This document shows positions 19,146-30,503 of a stretch of 64,000 nt of DNA, piece after piece. Position 1 is the stretch's first letter, and each line of letters starts with the position of its first letter. The notes below the pieces were generated by a model. That model saw only the letters and a list, made by a program, of their open reading frames with translations. It did no database searches and had not been told where the DNA came from. The DNA lies in the IMG/VR virus record IMGVR_UViG_3300022871_000011, positions 13,274 to 77,273 of that record; one strand, written 5' to 3'. The stretch is from a virus. Position numbers and translations under genes: made by a program.

Positions 19146-20248
19146 GAAATGTGCAACTATACAATGCGTTAGTTCGCGTCTTCAAAGAAGTAAGAATCGC
19201 GAACGAGGACGAAGCAGCAGTGTTCAGAGCCCCGAGGCTTTCAGCAGTGCAGAATCGTTTGAAGAACAAGTATAAGGATCGTAAAGACCTTATGCCTGAA
19301 CGTGTCTTTGGTGGCGAACAATACCAAGTATGCTGCCCTTATTGTGGTGATAACAGGTATAGGCTATATATAAGTCATGCCTGGGATCGTCATATGAAAG
19401 ATGAGGATGGTAAGATGATCTATGCCGGCAAGAGAGCTATGTGTCATAATGAGCAGTGTCTGGATAACTTGGATAACTTCCGTAATTTGGATGCCAAGCT
19501 ACTACAGAACACTAACTCACAAGACTATGTTCCCTTGGCCTGCTCTACTAATGTAGAAGCATTCAGGCATAGAACGGTACAGCTACCACCGGTGACACCT
19601 TTAAATGACCCGAGCGTCCCAGAGGACATTCAGGCATACGTAACAAATAGAGGCTACGACTTAGATGAGTTGACTAATGGATGGGGAGTAGGTGTCGGTG
19701 ACATCTGGTTCTATCCTAAGCCTTCATTAATATTTCCTATTGTACAGAATGGCGTGCGTAAATGTTGGCAGGCTAGGTACACAGGAGAAGACTTTAAAGC
19801 TTTGGGTAAACCAAAGTACTATTGGCCTACAGGCGTCAAGAAGTCCTGGTTACTCTACAACATGGATATGGCTAAGCTGTATCCGGGTGTAGTACTGACC
19901 GAGGGGGTCCTAGACGCGATCAAAATTGGCCCTGTGGGGACGTGCATGTTCGGAAAAATTCCGTCGGCTCACCAAGAGCAGCTATTAGCTACGCACTGGA
20001 AAAACAGTACGTTAGTATGGATTCCGGATGAAGATGATCCGCAAAGTATTAAGACTGCGGAGGAATATACAGAGAAGTGGAACAGAAAAGGACTCTTCAG
20101 GGAAGGTGCACACGTCGTACGTCTTCCTAGCGGAGACCCGGGTGACCACTCTAGGAGGGATTTGTGGAATTTGATTGTGGACAAAGCGCCATCACTGTCC
20201 AGGTTCGCGGACGGACGTACCCAGTCAGAATCTGGAATGGTAGGGTAG
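19142..20248 (+). CDS. DNA primase
   Basis: CPYC..CHN zinc finger; KYY; TEGVLDA TOPRIM motif; DxD. Confidence 0.88.
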   Translation: MRNVQLYNALVRVFKEVRIANEDEAAVFRAPRLSAVQNRLKNKYKDRKDLMPERVFGGEQYQVCCPYCGDNRYRLYISHAWDRHMKDEDGKMIYAGKRAMCHNEQCLDNLDNFRNLDAKLLQNTNSQDYVPLACSTNVEAFRHRTVQLPPVTPLNDPSVPEDIQAYVTNRGYDLDELTNGWGVGVGDIWFYPKPSLIFPIVQNGVRKCWQARYTGEDFKALGKPKYYWPTGVKKSWLLYNMDMAKLYPGVVLTEGVLDAIKIGPVGTCMFGKIPSAHQEQLLATHWKNSTLVWIPDEDDPQSIKTAEEYTEKWNRKGLFREGAHVVRLPSGDPGDHSRRDLWNLIVDKAPSLSRFADGRTQSESGMVG

Positions 20249-23200
20249 ATACCCCGCTTGATGGAACTGAATTTGGAGTTGACACGGAGACGCTCTTAAT
20301 TGAGGGTCCTGTCAAGCTACCGGATATGGTAATCATGCAGGTGTTTAATGGTATATCGGTTGACATTGTAACGTGGGATAAGGTTGATCTTTATCTCAGG
20401 CTACTGGAGAAGCACAACAAGGAGAAGATCCTATTGTACTTCCTTAATGCACCATTTGATATACGTGTGATCAATAGCACGACTCTACACAGAATGTTGG
20501 CTAACGATCAAGTAATAGATGTAGGCTCACGCCATCGTCTTTATAAGTTAGCAACGCAGGGGTACTTCGAAGAACCTGTATCACTGGCTAACCTGTGTCG
20601 TCTGTACTTGCACCAGGAGCTAGATAAGCCTGAGGATATCAGGATGGGCTTCACACGTGATATGGTACTAACAGCAGCGGATGTAAGATATGCAGCATTG
20701 GATGCTGTAGTGACACTGCTGATAGCGAGAGAGATGCCCGAGCAACCAACTGAAGCCTTACAGGCTAAAGCCGACCTTGTACTGGACCTAATAAAAGCAG
20801 CCGGTATTAAGGTAGACAAACCAGCTTGGGATGCTCATAAGCAGAGTATGCAGGACCGTTATGTAGTAGCAGCAGATGTCTTGAGAACCCACGGGTTCGA
20901 ACCAGACTCCAATGCTAATAAGCCTGGTACATTACTAGGTAAGTTCTGTAGTGCCATGGGTATCGATGCCCCACCCAAGGTATGGTCAGTGACTAAGCTC
21001 AAAGGTATACTATATGTAATGTATGCAGAGAGCGGAGGCACATTAGAGCATGCCTGTAGTGAACTGAAGATAGCAATGCCAGCCATTGTGGATAAGAAGT
21101 TCAAGATGACTAAGAAGAACACCCAGGACTTGACTGCTTGTTTAGCCAAGCATGACATGGTGGATCTTATAAGCACACGCAAGAGTAGGCCCTTTACTAA
21201 GGTGCTCCTACTCATGGCGGAGCTCATGAAAGAAGGCAATACCTATAAGGCTGTAATGGCTGAGACAAGTAAGCAGTACAATGCTGCAGGTGGGTGGGAG
21301 GATGACTCCGCTTTTAAAGGCCCCACTGCATTTGTACAAGACCATCTTAAGAAGCTGCAAGCTGTGCATGGTATAACATTCGCAGAGACACCCGGCGGTA
21401 AGATCAAGATGAGCAAGGATGAAGCCTGGCGTCTTGAGTCAAAGGGTATCAAGGACGAGTTCCTAGAAGCCTACATAGACTATAAGCATATCGAGAAGAT
21501 CCTCGGTACATATCTTAATGATGAGTTTATTTATACGGACGGCCGAGTTCATGCCAGATTTAATATCATGGTAAAAACGGGCCGCACGAGTTGTTCAAAA
21601 CCCAATCTTCAAAACCTGCCTAAGGCAGACGGCATCCGGGAACTGTTTACAGTTGAGGATGGTAAAGTCATGGTTAGTATTGATTATAATCAGCTGGAAC
21701 TATGTTCTCTAGCACAACACTGCCATAAGGAGTATGGTGTAAGTCGTATGAGAGAACTAATAAATGCTGAGATTGATTTACATAGTTGGTTCGCGGGGAG
21801 GAAGCTTAGGCATATCACCCCAGAGAATGACTATGATGGAACCGAGGTGTCCAGAGTAGGCCTCCTACCTATCCTTAAGAATATAAAGGATACAGAGGAT
21901 GGAGAACGAAGTAAGGCAAAAGCAGCGAACTTCGGTCAAAACTGCTTGCTTTTGCCTAAGGAACGTAGTATAGTAGCATAAACTATAGGAGTTATGCTAT
22001 GAAGAAATGTTTATTTTGTGGGAAAGGGCCGGTAGCAATAAAATACTGTTCTACGTTATGTAAGAGCAGATACCGGTCGAAACATGTGAGGTATGATAAA
22101 GTGTGTGAGTTTTGTGAAAAAGAGTTTGACACAACAACTAAAGCAACTAGATTCTGTTCCACGAGTTGTGCAGGGAAAGGAACCCCTGTGCCTCTTAAGA
22201 CATTAATCTGTGTTGATTGTGGTGAAGAGTTCGAATTCAAAGGCCGCACTAAAAAGCTACGCTGTGGCACTTGCTGGTCCGCCAAGAGATCAGAGCAATC
22301 CATGACATATAGATGCCAGAAGGACGCCTCCATTAAAAGGGGCGCAGGCAGTGGAGGGGCTCAGTTTGCTGAGGCCAATCACATGTGGAACTCCACAGCT
22401 AAGTATCATAGGCATGATGGCTATCACTACGACTACAGAGCCCGGTGCTTTAAACACTGGATCAAAGCGTGTGTTGTATGTGATAAAGAGGAAGGGCTCA
22501 TAGATGTTCACCATGTAAACGGTGATAGGGAGGATGTCTCTTTTGGGAATCTTGTCCCACTATGCCGCAAGTGCCACTCACAGGTACACAAGATAAATAA
22601 AGAGCTGGGCTACGATAAGTATGAAGAAGCCCTATTTGACCACCTATGGAAGGAAGGCCGAAGTAAAATCGCGGAATTAAGCGGGAACCCTACGTCCGAT
22701 GATAAGGGAATCCGAACCGAAGGCTAAACTAAGTTTAGTCAGGGGCAGAGCATAGAAGATGAAATAATTCTTCCACGAGGCCGCGACACAGTAATGTGAA
22801 AAGATATGCCGAGCTGCGGTGAAAGCCGTAGAAGTAGAGGATAAAAAGCCTTTACGATAACAATTGTTTCCAGGTGGTATGGGCGTAAATAGATTCTTAA
22901 ATGAATCATGGAAGAACGGGATGTATGATATGACATACGAGGAAGCACAGGAGCTACGCTCTGCGTGGTTTGATGCCTTCCCCGAAATGGAATTTCATAT
23001 GAATCCATCGACGTGCTCGGCACCTAATGGAGGGGCTGACACAAACATTTATGTGGGACATTCCTTAGCAGGAACATCACGTAAGTATTGCTCGTATAAT
23101 AGTGCGTGCAATTATCCGTTAAATTGTAGCGGATAAAAAATGAGGTGAATTCATGGGAAGCCAACTTGACAAATTAGCTTGTAACACGTATTGTAGTTAC

Positions 23201-24352
23201 AAGCTGAAGGTGATCATGAGCCAAGCTGCACAGGGATGTGTGGAAGGTGCAACGACTAGTCTGTACAATCTAGACCAGATGATGGGAGACCACGAGCGCC
23301 TCACCCGGGTAAAGTATACCCGGTGATGATATAGTCTGAACTATTACAAATGTCAAGGAGTTAATTAGCATGAAATGTCAGAAAAGGAACGAGAAGTAAG
23401 TCGCGAACGAGGTAGAAAGTATAGAGAAAACATGTCTGAAGAGCAGAGGACACGTAAAAGCGATCGCGACAAACAAAACCGAAGAGCTGCTAAGAAGGAA
23501 AGACTTACACTGAACAAGACTTTGTTTAAGAAGGGTAAGAGAATCTGTAGCAGATGTTATGACAAGAAAGTACTCTCGGCATACTCGACCAAAGGGAACA
23601 GCCCCTCCAATTATAATAAGATATGTGATAGTTGTTTAATAAAGCTCTATCAAACTATCTCTTATTCTCCGGAGGTCTTGACCCCTAAATTCTGGCGTAA
23701 AAAAGCATATAGCTGTAATGGAGGGTTTATATCCCGTCAAAAGCGACGGGGAATCGACACAGCTATACAGACATTAGGCACCCAAAAGATAACAGGAGAA
23801 GAACTCCTAAAATTATTTGAGTGCCAGAATAGGCTTTGCTTATACTGCCATACAGATTTATCTGACGGGCAGTTTCAACTAGACCATAGAACTCCGATTA
23901 ACGGAGGAGGAAAACATGGTATAGAAAATATAGACATAGTTTGTGCTGACTGTAATATGCTTAAATTTGATAAAGACCCTGAGTATTTCAAGGGCTTCAT
24001 CGGATCATATGCTAAACGTATACTCCAAGTAATAGAATTACAGGATAAAGAGCCTGTAAGATAACACAATGTTCAATCACTCGCCGCCACAGGAGCAAAG
24101 GTTGCACTTTGGGATCTGATGCGGAACGGGTACAAAATCGTTAACTTTATTCATGATGAAGTATTGCTTGAAGTAGATCGGGAGGGTCTGCACGAGAATG
24201 TTCTACGTGCACAGCAAATCATGGTAGACGCGATGAAGTTCATACTACCGGACGTCCGTATTGGAACGGAAGCGGCAGCTATGACACACTGGTATAAGGG
24301 CGCTAAACCCTTATTCGATGAACACGGCAAACTCACTTTGTGGGTGCCATAA
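20164..24352 (+). CDS. polA: family A DNA polymerase; exons 20164-21936, 22867-23119 and 24072-24352
   Basis: Exonuclease DTET and YAALDA; TGRTS..PNLQN; DYNQLE; motif B KAANFG/FPGG; NYP/FQS; motif C IHDE. Confidence 0.92.
21937..22866 (+). mobile_element. group I intron 1 of polA, with HNH ORF in the P1 loop
   Basis: Exon ACUUCGGU pairs with guide GCCGAAGU at 22657-22664; core downstream with variant P7 (GAGCAUA/UAUGCC); terminal G; in-frame join. Confidence 0.87.
21999..22727 (+). CDS. intron-encoded HNH endonuclease with N-terminal Cys-rich repeats
   Basis: DVHHVNGD...NLVPLCRKCHSQVH; promoter TTGCTT-N17-TATAGT at 21946-21974. Confidence 0.87.
   Translation: MKKCLFCGKGPVAIKYCSTLCKSRYRSKHVRYDKVCEFCEKEFDTTTKATRFCSTSCAGKGTPVPLKTLICVDCGEEFEFKGRTKKLRCGTCWSAKRSEQSMTYRCQKDASIKRGAGSGGAQFAEANHMWNSTAKYHRHDGYHYDYRARCFKHWIKACVVCDKEEGLIDVHHVNGDREDVSFGNLVPLCRKCHSQVHKINKELGYDKYEEALFDHLWKEGRSKIAELSGNPTSDDKGIRTEG
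23120..24071 (+). mobile_element. group I intron 2 of polA
   Basis: P1 UUAUCCGU/GCGGAUAA; CGACTA and GATATAGTC; terminal G; join gives NYPFQSLAA. Confidence 0.88.
23375..24064 (+). CDS. intron-encoded HNH endonuclease
   Basis: CLYC...LDHRTP..GGKH..ENI..VCADCN; promoter TTGACA-N17-TATTGT at 23166-23194. Confidence 0.87.
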   Translation: MSEKEREVSRERGRKYRENMSEEQRTRKSDRDKQNRRAAKKERLTLNKTLFKKGKRICSRCYDKKVLSAYSTKGNSPSNYNKICDSCLIKLYQTISYSPEVLTPKFWRKKAYSCNGGFISRQKRRGIDTAIQTLGTQKITGEELLKLFECQNRLCLYCHTDLSDGQFQLDHRTPINGGGKHGIENIDIVCADCNMLKFDKDPEYFKGFIGSYAKRILQVIELQDKEPVR

Positions 24353-24387
24353 CAACTAGATCATAGAGATCAGGAGCAAATACCAAT

Positions 24388-25680
24388 ATGGTAATGCGAA
24401 AAACACACAATGCAGGACGTCTGTCCCGCATGATCAACCCAGCCCTCGACGCAGAAGGGAAATACTTGTACGCTAAATGGGCCGTAAGAAGCCCCAACAG
24501 CAAGGGTCCTGTCGAATTCAGGATCTTCCCCCAAGTTATCGATGGCGAAATTATCCCTCAATATATAGACACTGACGTCTATAAGGACAATGGCGAAGAG
24601 TATATCTCTGACGCTGCCTTAGTCACAGAAGCCTGTGTATGTTGGGGAGAGAACTACCACACATTTCTTAGCCCAGAACCGAGTGTACTCAGAGCGGCAG
24701 GCCTCCCGTCTACCCCTGCGTATACAATGTACTGGCAGCTATACAACCTTAAAGAAGACAGACCTACGGAATGTCCTGCTGCTATCCATGCACTCTTCAA
24801 ATATGAAAGAGGCAAGGGATCACAGCTGCAGAGACCCAATGAGATCCTGCTCTTCCAAGGTGTATTACTAGAACATGGTGGTAAGAAAACTACTGATAAA
24901 GATGGTAATGAGAAACCTTGGTTTCCAGTACTGTTACAGATTAACCAAGCCACAGCTCGTAAGAGTCTGTTGGAAGGTTTAGCCACACCTAAGGATTCAT
25001 CTAAAGCGTTGTCCGTAACGAACAACAACATGGGTAATCTCCTAGGATTGGATGGATGCAGTCTCCGTATTGAGCCTAGAATGGTCAAGACGCAGACAGG
25101 CGATCAAACACACTACTTCACTTCCGCTGGGCCACAAATGGTACTTGCCGACGAACAGGTTAAAAATAACTTTGTTCCTTGGGAAGACTTACTCCATTTC
25201 CCGGAAATTGGGCAGAATATTACTTATATAGCAGATGCGATTGGAGCAGAAGCTACCGTATTGGGCTTGGAGAATACTCCATACAAACCCTACGTTCCAG
25301 AGGATGTCAAAGCACGAGCAGCTAGACTGTCAGCACCTACACAAGTAGCAGTGCCTGCAGCCATACCAGCAGTAGCTCCGGCCCCCGCAGTGCAAGCTGT
25401 ACCGGGACCGATAACTGCACCTGCAACTTTGCCACCTGCCGCTCCAGCACCTGCGCCGGTAGCAGCTGCCCCAGCCCCTACTCCAGCTCCTGCACCAGCA
25501 GCAGCACCGGTTGTAGCCGCTCCGGCACCAGCACCTGCGAACACATTATCCCTTGACGAAGCCGTGTCACCGGACGAACCTGCACTGGAGCCTTTCGCTC
25601 CGGACAAGGACATCGTTCCAGATCAGAAAGCCCTCATGGACTCTCTGAATAGTGCACAAGGCAAGTTAGAAGGTAAATAA
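24388..25680 (+). CDS. hypothetical protein, possibly ssDNA-binding; long Pro/Ala-rich linker and acidic tail
   Basis: Lies between polA and recA; function inferred from context only. Confidence 0.55.
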   Translation: MVMRKTHNAGRLSRMINPALDAEGKYLYAKWAVRSPNSKGPVEFRIFPQVIDGEIIPQYIDTDVYKDNGEEYISDAALVTEACVCWGENYHTFLSPEPSVLRAAGLPSTPAYTMYWQLYNLKEDRPTECPAAIHALFKYERGKGSQLQRPNEILLFQGVLLEHGGKKTTDKDGNEKPWFPVLLQINQATARKSLLEGLATPKDSSKALSVTNNNMGNLLGLDGCSLRIEPRMVKTQTGDQTHYFTSAGPQMVLADEQVKNNFVPWEDLLHFPEIGQNITYIADAIGAEATVLGLENTPYKPYVPEDVKARAARLSAPTQVAVPAAIPAVAPAPAVQAVPGPITAPATLPPAAPAPAPVAAAPAPTPAPAPAAAPVVAAPAPAPANTLSLDEAVSPDEPALEPFAPDKDIVPDQKALMDSLNSAQGKLEGK

Positions 25681-25686
25681 TACGGA

Positions 25687-25715
25687 GGCCGGGTCCTACG
25701 GGGCCCGGTTATTTT
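25687..25715 (+). terminator. intrinsic terminator-like hairpin
   Basis: GGCCGGGTCC-TACG-GGGCCCGGTT then ATTTT. Confidence 0.55.
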
Positions 25716-25720
25716 AACGT

Positions 25721-26869
25721 ATGAGCAAATCAGATGTAATGGAGCGAATGCTCCTAGAAGCGCAGAAGAAGTTCGGTAAGGAAGGATGTTATGTAGCACC
25801 CGACCATGCCCAGACACACTATGGTATACCCTTAGGTAATATGGCATTGGAGTATCTCCTATGCAGTACAATCTTACCCATGGAACGTATCATAGAATTA
25901 TCAGGACCATTCGGTTCTGGTAAATCGTCATTGGGATATGACTTCTTGCGCCTCATTGCCGAGAACGGTGGACTCGGTAGTGTTGTAGAAACAGAGAACA
26001 AATCCGCTGCAGCCCTAATGGGCTCCATACTAGGCGAACGAAACGCCGAATGTGTACGACTACACAGAGCCAAGTCTATGGACGATGGCCAAGCTCGTAT
26101 CACACATGAACTGCTCACTTATCAGCAGGCCGTACCGGATAAGGATATACCTATGGGAGTCTTACTTGACTCGCTAGTAGGTAACAAGACAGAAGAAACT
26201 CAGAACAAGATCAACAAGGAAGGCTTCGCTGACAGAACGTTCAGTAAAGAGTCCCTTGTCATATCTTCTTACTTTGGGGCCTTGAGTGACAAGCTCATTG
26301 GTTACCCTATTGTGTTCATGTTCACTAATCACGAGAAAGAGAAGATTAGTGATGGACCAATTTATGGATCTAAGATTAGAAACCCAGGAGGCTCAGCCCC
26401 TGACTTTCATAATACTTACCATATACGCTGTACTAAGATCGGGACCTTTAAGTCCAAGATCGACAATGGCTTTACGATGAAACTGAATACCAAGAAGAAC
26501 TCTATGGGATCAGACAAGCGTAGCATTGAAGTAGATATGCGTTGGAAGTATGTAGAGAAAGACGATGAGTCAATGCACCAGGAAACCTGGTTTGACTGGG
26601 ATAAAGCAACTGCAGAACTGCTAGCAGGAGATGAAGTACCACGTAGCGTAATAAAGGAAATTGTGCAGGTGACTAAGGTTACCAATGCTAAATTCAATTG
26701 CCCGACACTTAAGCTCAGTGGTGTAACACCTCAGGTAGTAGGCGCAGCTATAAACGCGGACCTTGACATATGCAAGAAGCTCAGAACAGCTCTGGGTATC
26801 TTCACATGGAGATCCATCGGTGTCTGTGAGGACCTGACGGCTAAACTAGAGAAGGCAGATGGCAAGTAA
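25721..26869 (+). CDS. recA: RecA/UvsX-like recombinase
   Basis: IIELSGPFGSGKSS, LLDSL, FTNH, PGGSA, KN motifs. Confidence 0.87.
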   Translation: MSKSDVMERMLLEAQKKFGKEGCYVAPDHAQTHYGIPLGNMALEYLLCSTILPMERIIELSGPFGSGKSSLGYDFLRLIAENGGLGSVVETENKSAAALMGSILGERNAECVRLHRAKSMDDGQARITHELLTYQQAVPDKDIPMGVLLDSLVGNKTEETQNKINKEGFADRTFSKESLVISSYFGALSDKLIGYPIVFMFTNHEKEKISDGPIYGSKIRNPGGSAPDFHNTYHIRCTKIGTFKSKIDNGFTMKLNTKKNSMGSDKRSIEVDMRWKYVEKDDESMHQETWFDWDKATAELLAGDEVPRSVIKEIVQVTKVTNAKFNCPTLKLSGVTPQVVGAAINADLDICKKLRTALGIFTWRSIGVCEDLTAKLEKADGK

Positions 26870-27368
26870 TCCACGCAACGTATTAAAATCATTTGACCGG
26901 CTAGACCAGCAGAAGAAGGAAGACGATAGGGTTAAGTACCAATTAAAGGTAGTTAAGATCATCGCCAAATCCCTTAAGCTGGATCTCCGGCCTATTATGC
27001 ATGAGTACAACTCCCTTAGGGATGACCGCCCCGAGCTCTTTATACAAGCTATAAAGGAAGCAACAGGTAGCGGATTCCCTGATGAGTTGTTTATCGAGAA
27101 CGCTCATAAGACCAAGTTTGATGCTCTAGCCTTAAGGGGGCATGAGACATATTGGTTCACGAGGTTCTTGACTCTAGCGTCCGAGAATAATTTACCAGCG
27201 GCGGGATTGATCTTCCCCGTTATGGGTCGCAAAGACTGGATCATACACAACTTACCAGTAAGTCCCAAAGCGGGCAAAGTACGGCTGTTCATCCCATCGG
27301 ATGTAAACAGCATCGATAATGTTCACATAACCTCGTTAATTCAATTTTTAGAGGAGTACAGAAGATGA
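26859..27368 (+). CDS. hypothetical protein
   Basis: ORF in operon. Confidence 0.7.
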   Translation: MASNPRNVLKSFDRLDQQKKEDDRVKYQLKVVKIIAKSLKLDLRPIMHEYNSLRDDRPELFIQAIKEATGSGFPDELFIENAHKTKFDALALRGHETYWFTRFLTLASENNLPAAGLIFPVMGRKDWIIHNLPVSPKAGKVRLFIPSDVNSIDNVHITSLIQFLEEYRR

Positions 27369-28141
27369 CAGAAGAAAAAACAACAGTAGTAGATGCAGAG
27401 ATTGTAGAAGAAGTTGCAACTATAGATGTCTACGAAGAGAACGGAATCAAATTATATGGTTCATATGATGAGTTTATTGAGCGTGCCAAAGGACGCTTTC
27501 TTCAGGAAGGCCAGGCCATGGTTTGGTCACGCTGGACACTAGGAGCACATGTTAAAGTTGTGCTGGAAGACTCTAGTTACGGTTCCCATAAGATGGCAGA
27601 CTTAGAGGCTGACCTGGGTATGAAGAGTAAGACTCTCTACGCATGTAAGACTCTCTTCGAAACCTATGACAGAGACACCATGGAAGAGAAGGTTATGCCT
27701 AAGAACCTATCCTTTCGTGCACTTAACTACATTGCCCGTGTGGATGATGAAGATAAGCGTGACGACTACATGGACCAGGTAGCCGCCGGCGAGATTAAGG
27801 CCGAGGATATACCACAGCTTGAGGCAGGGTTAACCGACGCTGAGTTAGAAGGTGGAGATGATACCACACCTGTAGCAGGTGAAGAGAAGAGTTCTGATGA
27901 GAAGGCTGCAACGGCTATCCGTAAAGCGGTAGGTGCTGTAGATGGACCATTGGATCTGATACTCAGTAACATCAACGCAGCAGAGACATGCCTGGGTGAC
28001 TTGAATCTCCTGGCAGCTAATGATGAACTGTATGATGCAGTGAGTGAAGAGCTCGAAGAGTTCCGTACCAAACTGTCTGACTTACAGCCAAAGATCGTGG
28101 CTCTCATTGACCGTTTAGACAAGACGAGCAATGTAGCATGA
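27365..28141 (+). CDS. acidic hypothetical protein, weak DUF1016-N-like segment
   Basis: W..G......YG....L..DLG pattern; GAGGAG RBS. Confidence 0.6.
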   Translation: MTEEKTTVVDAEIVEEVATIDVYEENGIKLYGSYDEFIERAKGRFLQEGQAMVWSRWTLGAHVKVVLEDSSYGSHKMADLEADLGMKSKTLYACKTLFETYDRDTMEEKVMPKNLSFRALNYIARVDDEDKRDDYMDQVAAGEIKAEDIPQLEAGLTDAELEGGDDTTPVAGEEKSSDEKAATAIRKAVGAVDGPLDLILSNINAAETCLGDLNLLAANDELYDAVSEELEEFRTKLSDLQPKIVALIDRLDKTSNVA

Positions 28142-28929
28142 AATGTGGCGATATAACACCAGCTGGGGACGACCCGCCTAAGGGCGTCCCTCTTAAAAAC
28201 CTCCTTAAGAAGGTTCAGAAGATGTATGTACACTTCAGCGATTTCCTCGGTGAGAATTTTAAAGGCACGGTGGTACCCGCTCTATGTGATGAAATACGAG
28301 CGCGACTTGATTTAACATTCAATGACCTACCAGCTCTACGCTGCTCTTTGGAGGCAATGCTAGAGCCACAACAGGTATTGACAAAGTCCGTTCTGAAGAT
28401 GATATTACTAAAGATGCTGCAGAATAAACATTACTTTCTGCAGAACGAAACCATACCCAGATGGGCAGGTCAACCTCCTGTATGGACTGTAATTAAAGTG
28501 GAGAACGCTGATTACTTGACCATTAAGGAGATATCCTTCCTGAAGGTAGAGGCACATGCTTTAACAGGTAACCTGGCCGGAGAGATGCACCATGTAGTGC
28601 TACCTATTCGATATGTCAGATGGCTTGTAAAAGAGATGGGCTATCCTAGGTATGAACGTGCACACGAGAAAGAGATTGTAGGTATGGTATCCTGGGTACG
28701 CATGGAGACGACTAACCATGGCCGTACAACATTCGGTAAGGCAAAGCCATCGAGTAGCCAGGAAGCATATAACAGAAAGCTTGCTCGCGCACGTATTGAG
28801 AAAGATTGTCCGTATAAGACTATGTCATGCTATAACTGTCCTTTTGGATTAGAGCGGTGTGGCTTGGCTACACGGCAGAAGACAAAGGAGGATTCACATG
28901 AATTCAACAGTTCTAGCATTGGACCCTAG
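28138..28929 (+). CDS. hypothetical protein with C-terminal Cys cluster
   Basis: C..CYNC..C; ATGA coupling. Confidence 0.7.
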   Translation: MKCGDITPAGDDPPKGVPLKNLLKKVQKMYVHFSDFLGENFKGTVVPALCDEIRARLDLTFNDLPALRCSLEAMLEPQQVLTKSVLKMILLKMLQNKHYFLQNETIPRWAGQPPVWTVIKVENADYLTIKEISFLKVEAHALTGNLAGEMHHVVLPIRYVRWLVKEMGYPRYERAHEKEIVGMVSWVRMETTNHGRTTFGKAKPSSSQEAYNRKLARARIEKDCPYKTMSCYNCPFGLERCGLATRQKTKEDSHEFNSSSIGP

Positions 28930-29467
28930 TTTCAGAAATACTGGTTATGCTATTATCGAGCTTACAGCGAACGCTGAGAAGGTTATTGAGACAGGCGTGA
29001 TCAAGACCGAAAAGAACGATAAGACGCGTAAGGTGCGTGCTGCTGATCAAAGACTGGAACAAATCCAGGTATTGGTCACTGGTTTACGTACTCTTATTGC
29101 GAAACATAAACCCGCTATGATGGTGGCCGAGCTGCCGTCGTCAGGAGCAAAGAGCGCTAATGCAGCTGCAGCTATGGCTATAGCACAGGCAGTATGTGGC
29201 GCAGTAGTTGTATACGAAAACCTACCCTATGAATGGGTAACACCCACAGAGAACAAAAAGGCTCTCGCGGGCAAGAAGAACGCTTCCAAAGAAGAGATGA
29301 TGGAAGCAGCCGTAAGATTATATCCAGCTCTACGTGCCAAGTACACCCATCAAAAGGGTCAGTACAAAGGTAGGCTAGTAGGGGAATTCGAACATATAGC
29401 TGATGCACTAGGTACCTTAGAGGTTATCAAAAGCAACAGCCCTTTAATTAGAATGATTCGACCATAA
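28898..29467 (+). CDS. ruvC: RuvC-like Holliday junction resolvase
   Basis: LALDPS..NTGYA, VAE, P...KK...G..NASK, HIADA. Confidence 0.9.
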   Translation: MNSTVLALDPSFRNTGYAIIELTANAEKVIETGVIKTEKNDKTRKVRAADQRLEQIQVLVTGLRTLIAKHKPAMMVAELPSSGAKSANAAAAMAIAQAVCGAVVVYENLPYEWVTPTENKKALAGKKNASKEEMMEAAVRLYPALRAKYTHQKGQYKGRLVGEFEHIADALGTLEVIKSNSPLIRMIRP

Positions 29468-29476
29468 GGAGTTAAC

Positions 29477-29950
29477 ATGGAAGAGAACAAAATGATTCAG
29501 AGCATGCAGACACAGATCAAACTGTTACTAATGGTAACTGGTGATAAGATATCGGAAGGTATGCTAGAGCAGGCTTTTGATGACGACGCTGACTTTCCTA
29601 AGTTGGAGTATCAATGGAAGGAATTCTATGATGATATCATGGAAGGTGGTGTTGATGGGTTCTCTAAGCATTATGACGTAAGTGCAGTGACCACTTCTAA
29701 GTCAGAAGGGCCTATAATGGGAGCAATGCAGCTGAAGCCGCTTAACCCGTTATCACTGGCTGTCATGGTAGGCGTACAAAGCCTAAGAGAGCAGATGGCA
29801 GATGAGCTTGGTACTACTGGTGGTCTTGAGATCATATCTAATCCTGTCAGGGATACTAAACCTGTAGTCGAGGAAGGCTATGTAACACTAACACCCGAAA
29901 GATGTCGGGAGATCGAATTTAATGTAGGAGACTACGATGGCAAAGAGTAA
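29477..29950 (+). CDS. hypothetical protein
   Basis: AGGAG RBS. Confidence 0.7.
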   Translation: MEENKMIQSMQTQIKLLLMVTGDKISEGMLEQAFDDDADFPKLEYQWKEFYDDIMEGGVDGFSKHYDVSAVTTSKSEGPIMGAMQLKPLNPLSLAVMVGVQSLREQMADELGTTGGLEIISNPVRDTKPVVEEGYVTLTPERCREIEFNVGDYDGKE

Positions 29951-30503
29951 AAAGGAGAACGCAAGTGTCAGAATCAGAAAAGCAGAATTCAGCGGGGCCG
30001 AAGACAAGTTCTACGCACCCGGTGATGACATACGCAACTGCTGTATATCGCTTATACGTGGCGGGCTCGAAGCCGCTACTGCCCGCTTTCCTGAGCTTCA
30101 AGAAGAGCTTGGTAAGTGCGCTATTGTACTTGCGAGATACTATCAGGAAGCCTTCTTAGCCGAGGATAAGATCCCGGCTCTTATGCACAAGCTGAATGAA
30201 GACCTTAAGGCTATCAGCCCTACAGCGTCTGAAGCATGCTTGGCGGAGGTAGCAAGATCTATGCTTACCTATTACGGTATAGCACAACGTGAGACAAGCG
30301 GCCACAAGGATCTAACGAAGCCGCAGGTAGAGAAAATAGCTGCCGTGGGTACATTGATGGGGCACTTCGACGAAGAGGACAGAAGGTCGTTCACTAAACT
30401 ATTAGCGAACAACCGTATCTACCCAGAAGAGCTTGATCGGGAACCCATGGAAGGAGTGATCATTGAAAACGAGGATAGAAAAGATACAGAAGAAGCTAAA
30501 TGA
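29937..30503 (+). CDS. hypothetical protein
   Basis: AGGAG RBS. Confidence 0.7.
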   Translation: MAKSKKENASVRIRKAEFSGAEDKFYAPGDDIRNCCISLIRGGLEAATARFPELQEELGKCAIVLARYYQEAFLAEDKIPALMHKLNEDLKAISPTASEACLAEVARSMLTYYGIAQRETSGHKDLTKPQVEKIAAVGTLMGHFDEEDRRSFTKLLANNRIYPEELDREPMEGVIIENEDRKDTEEAK

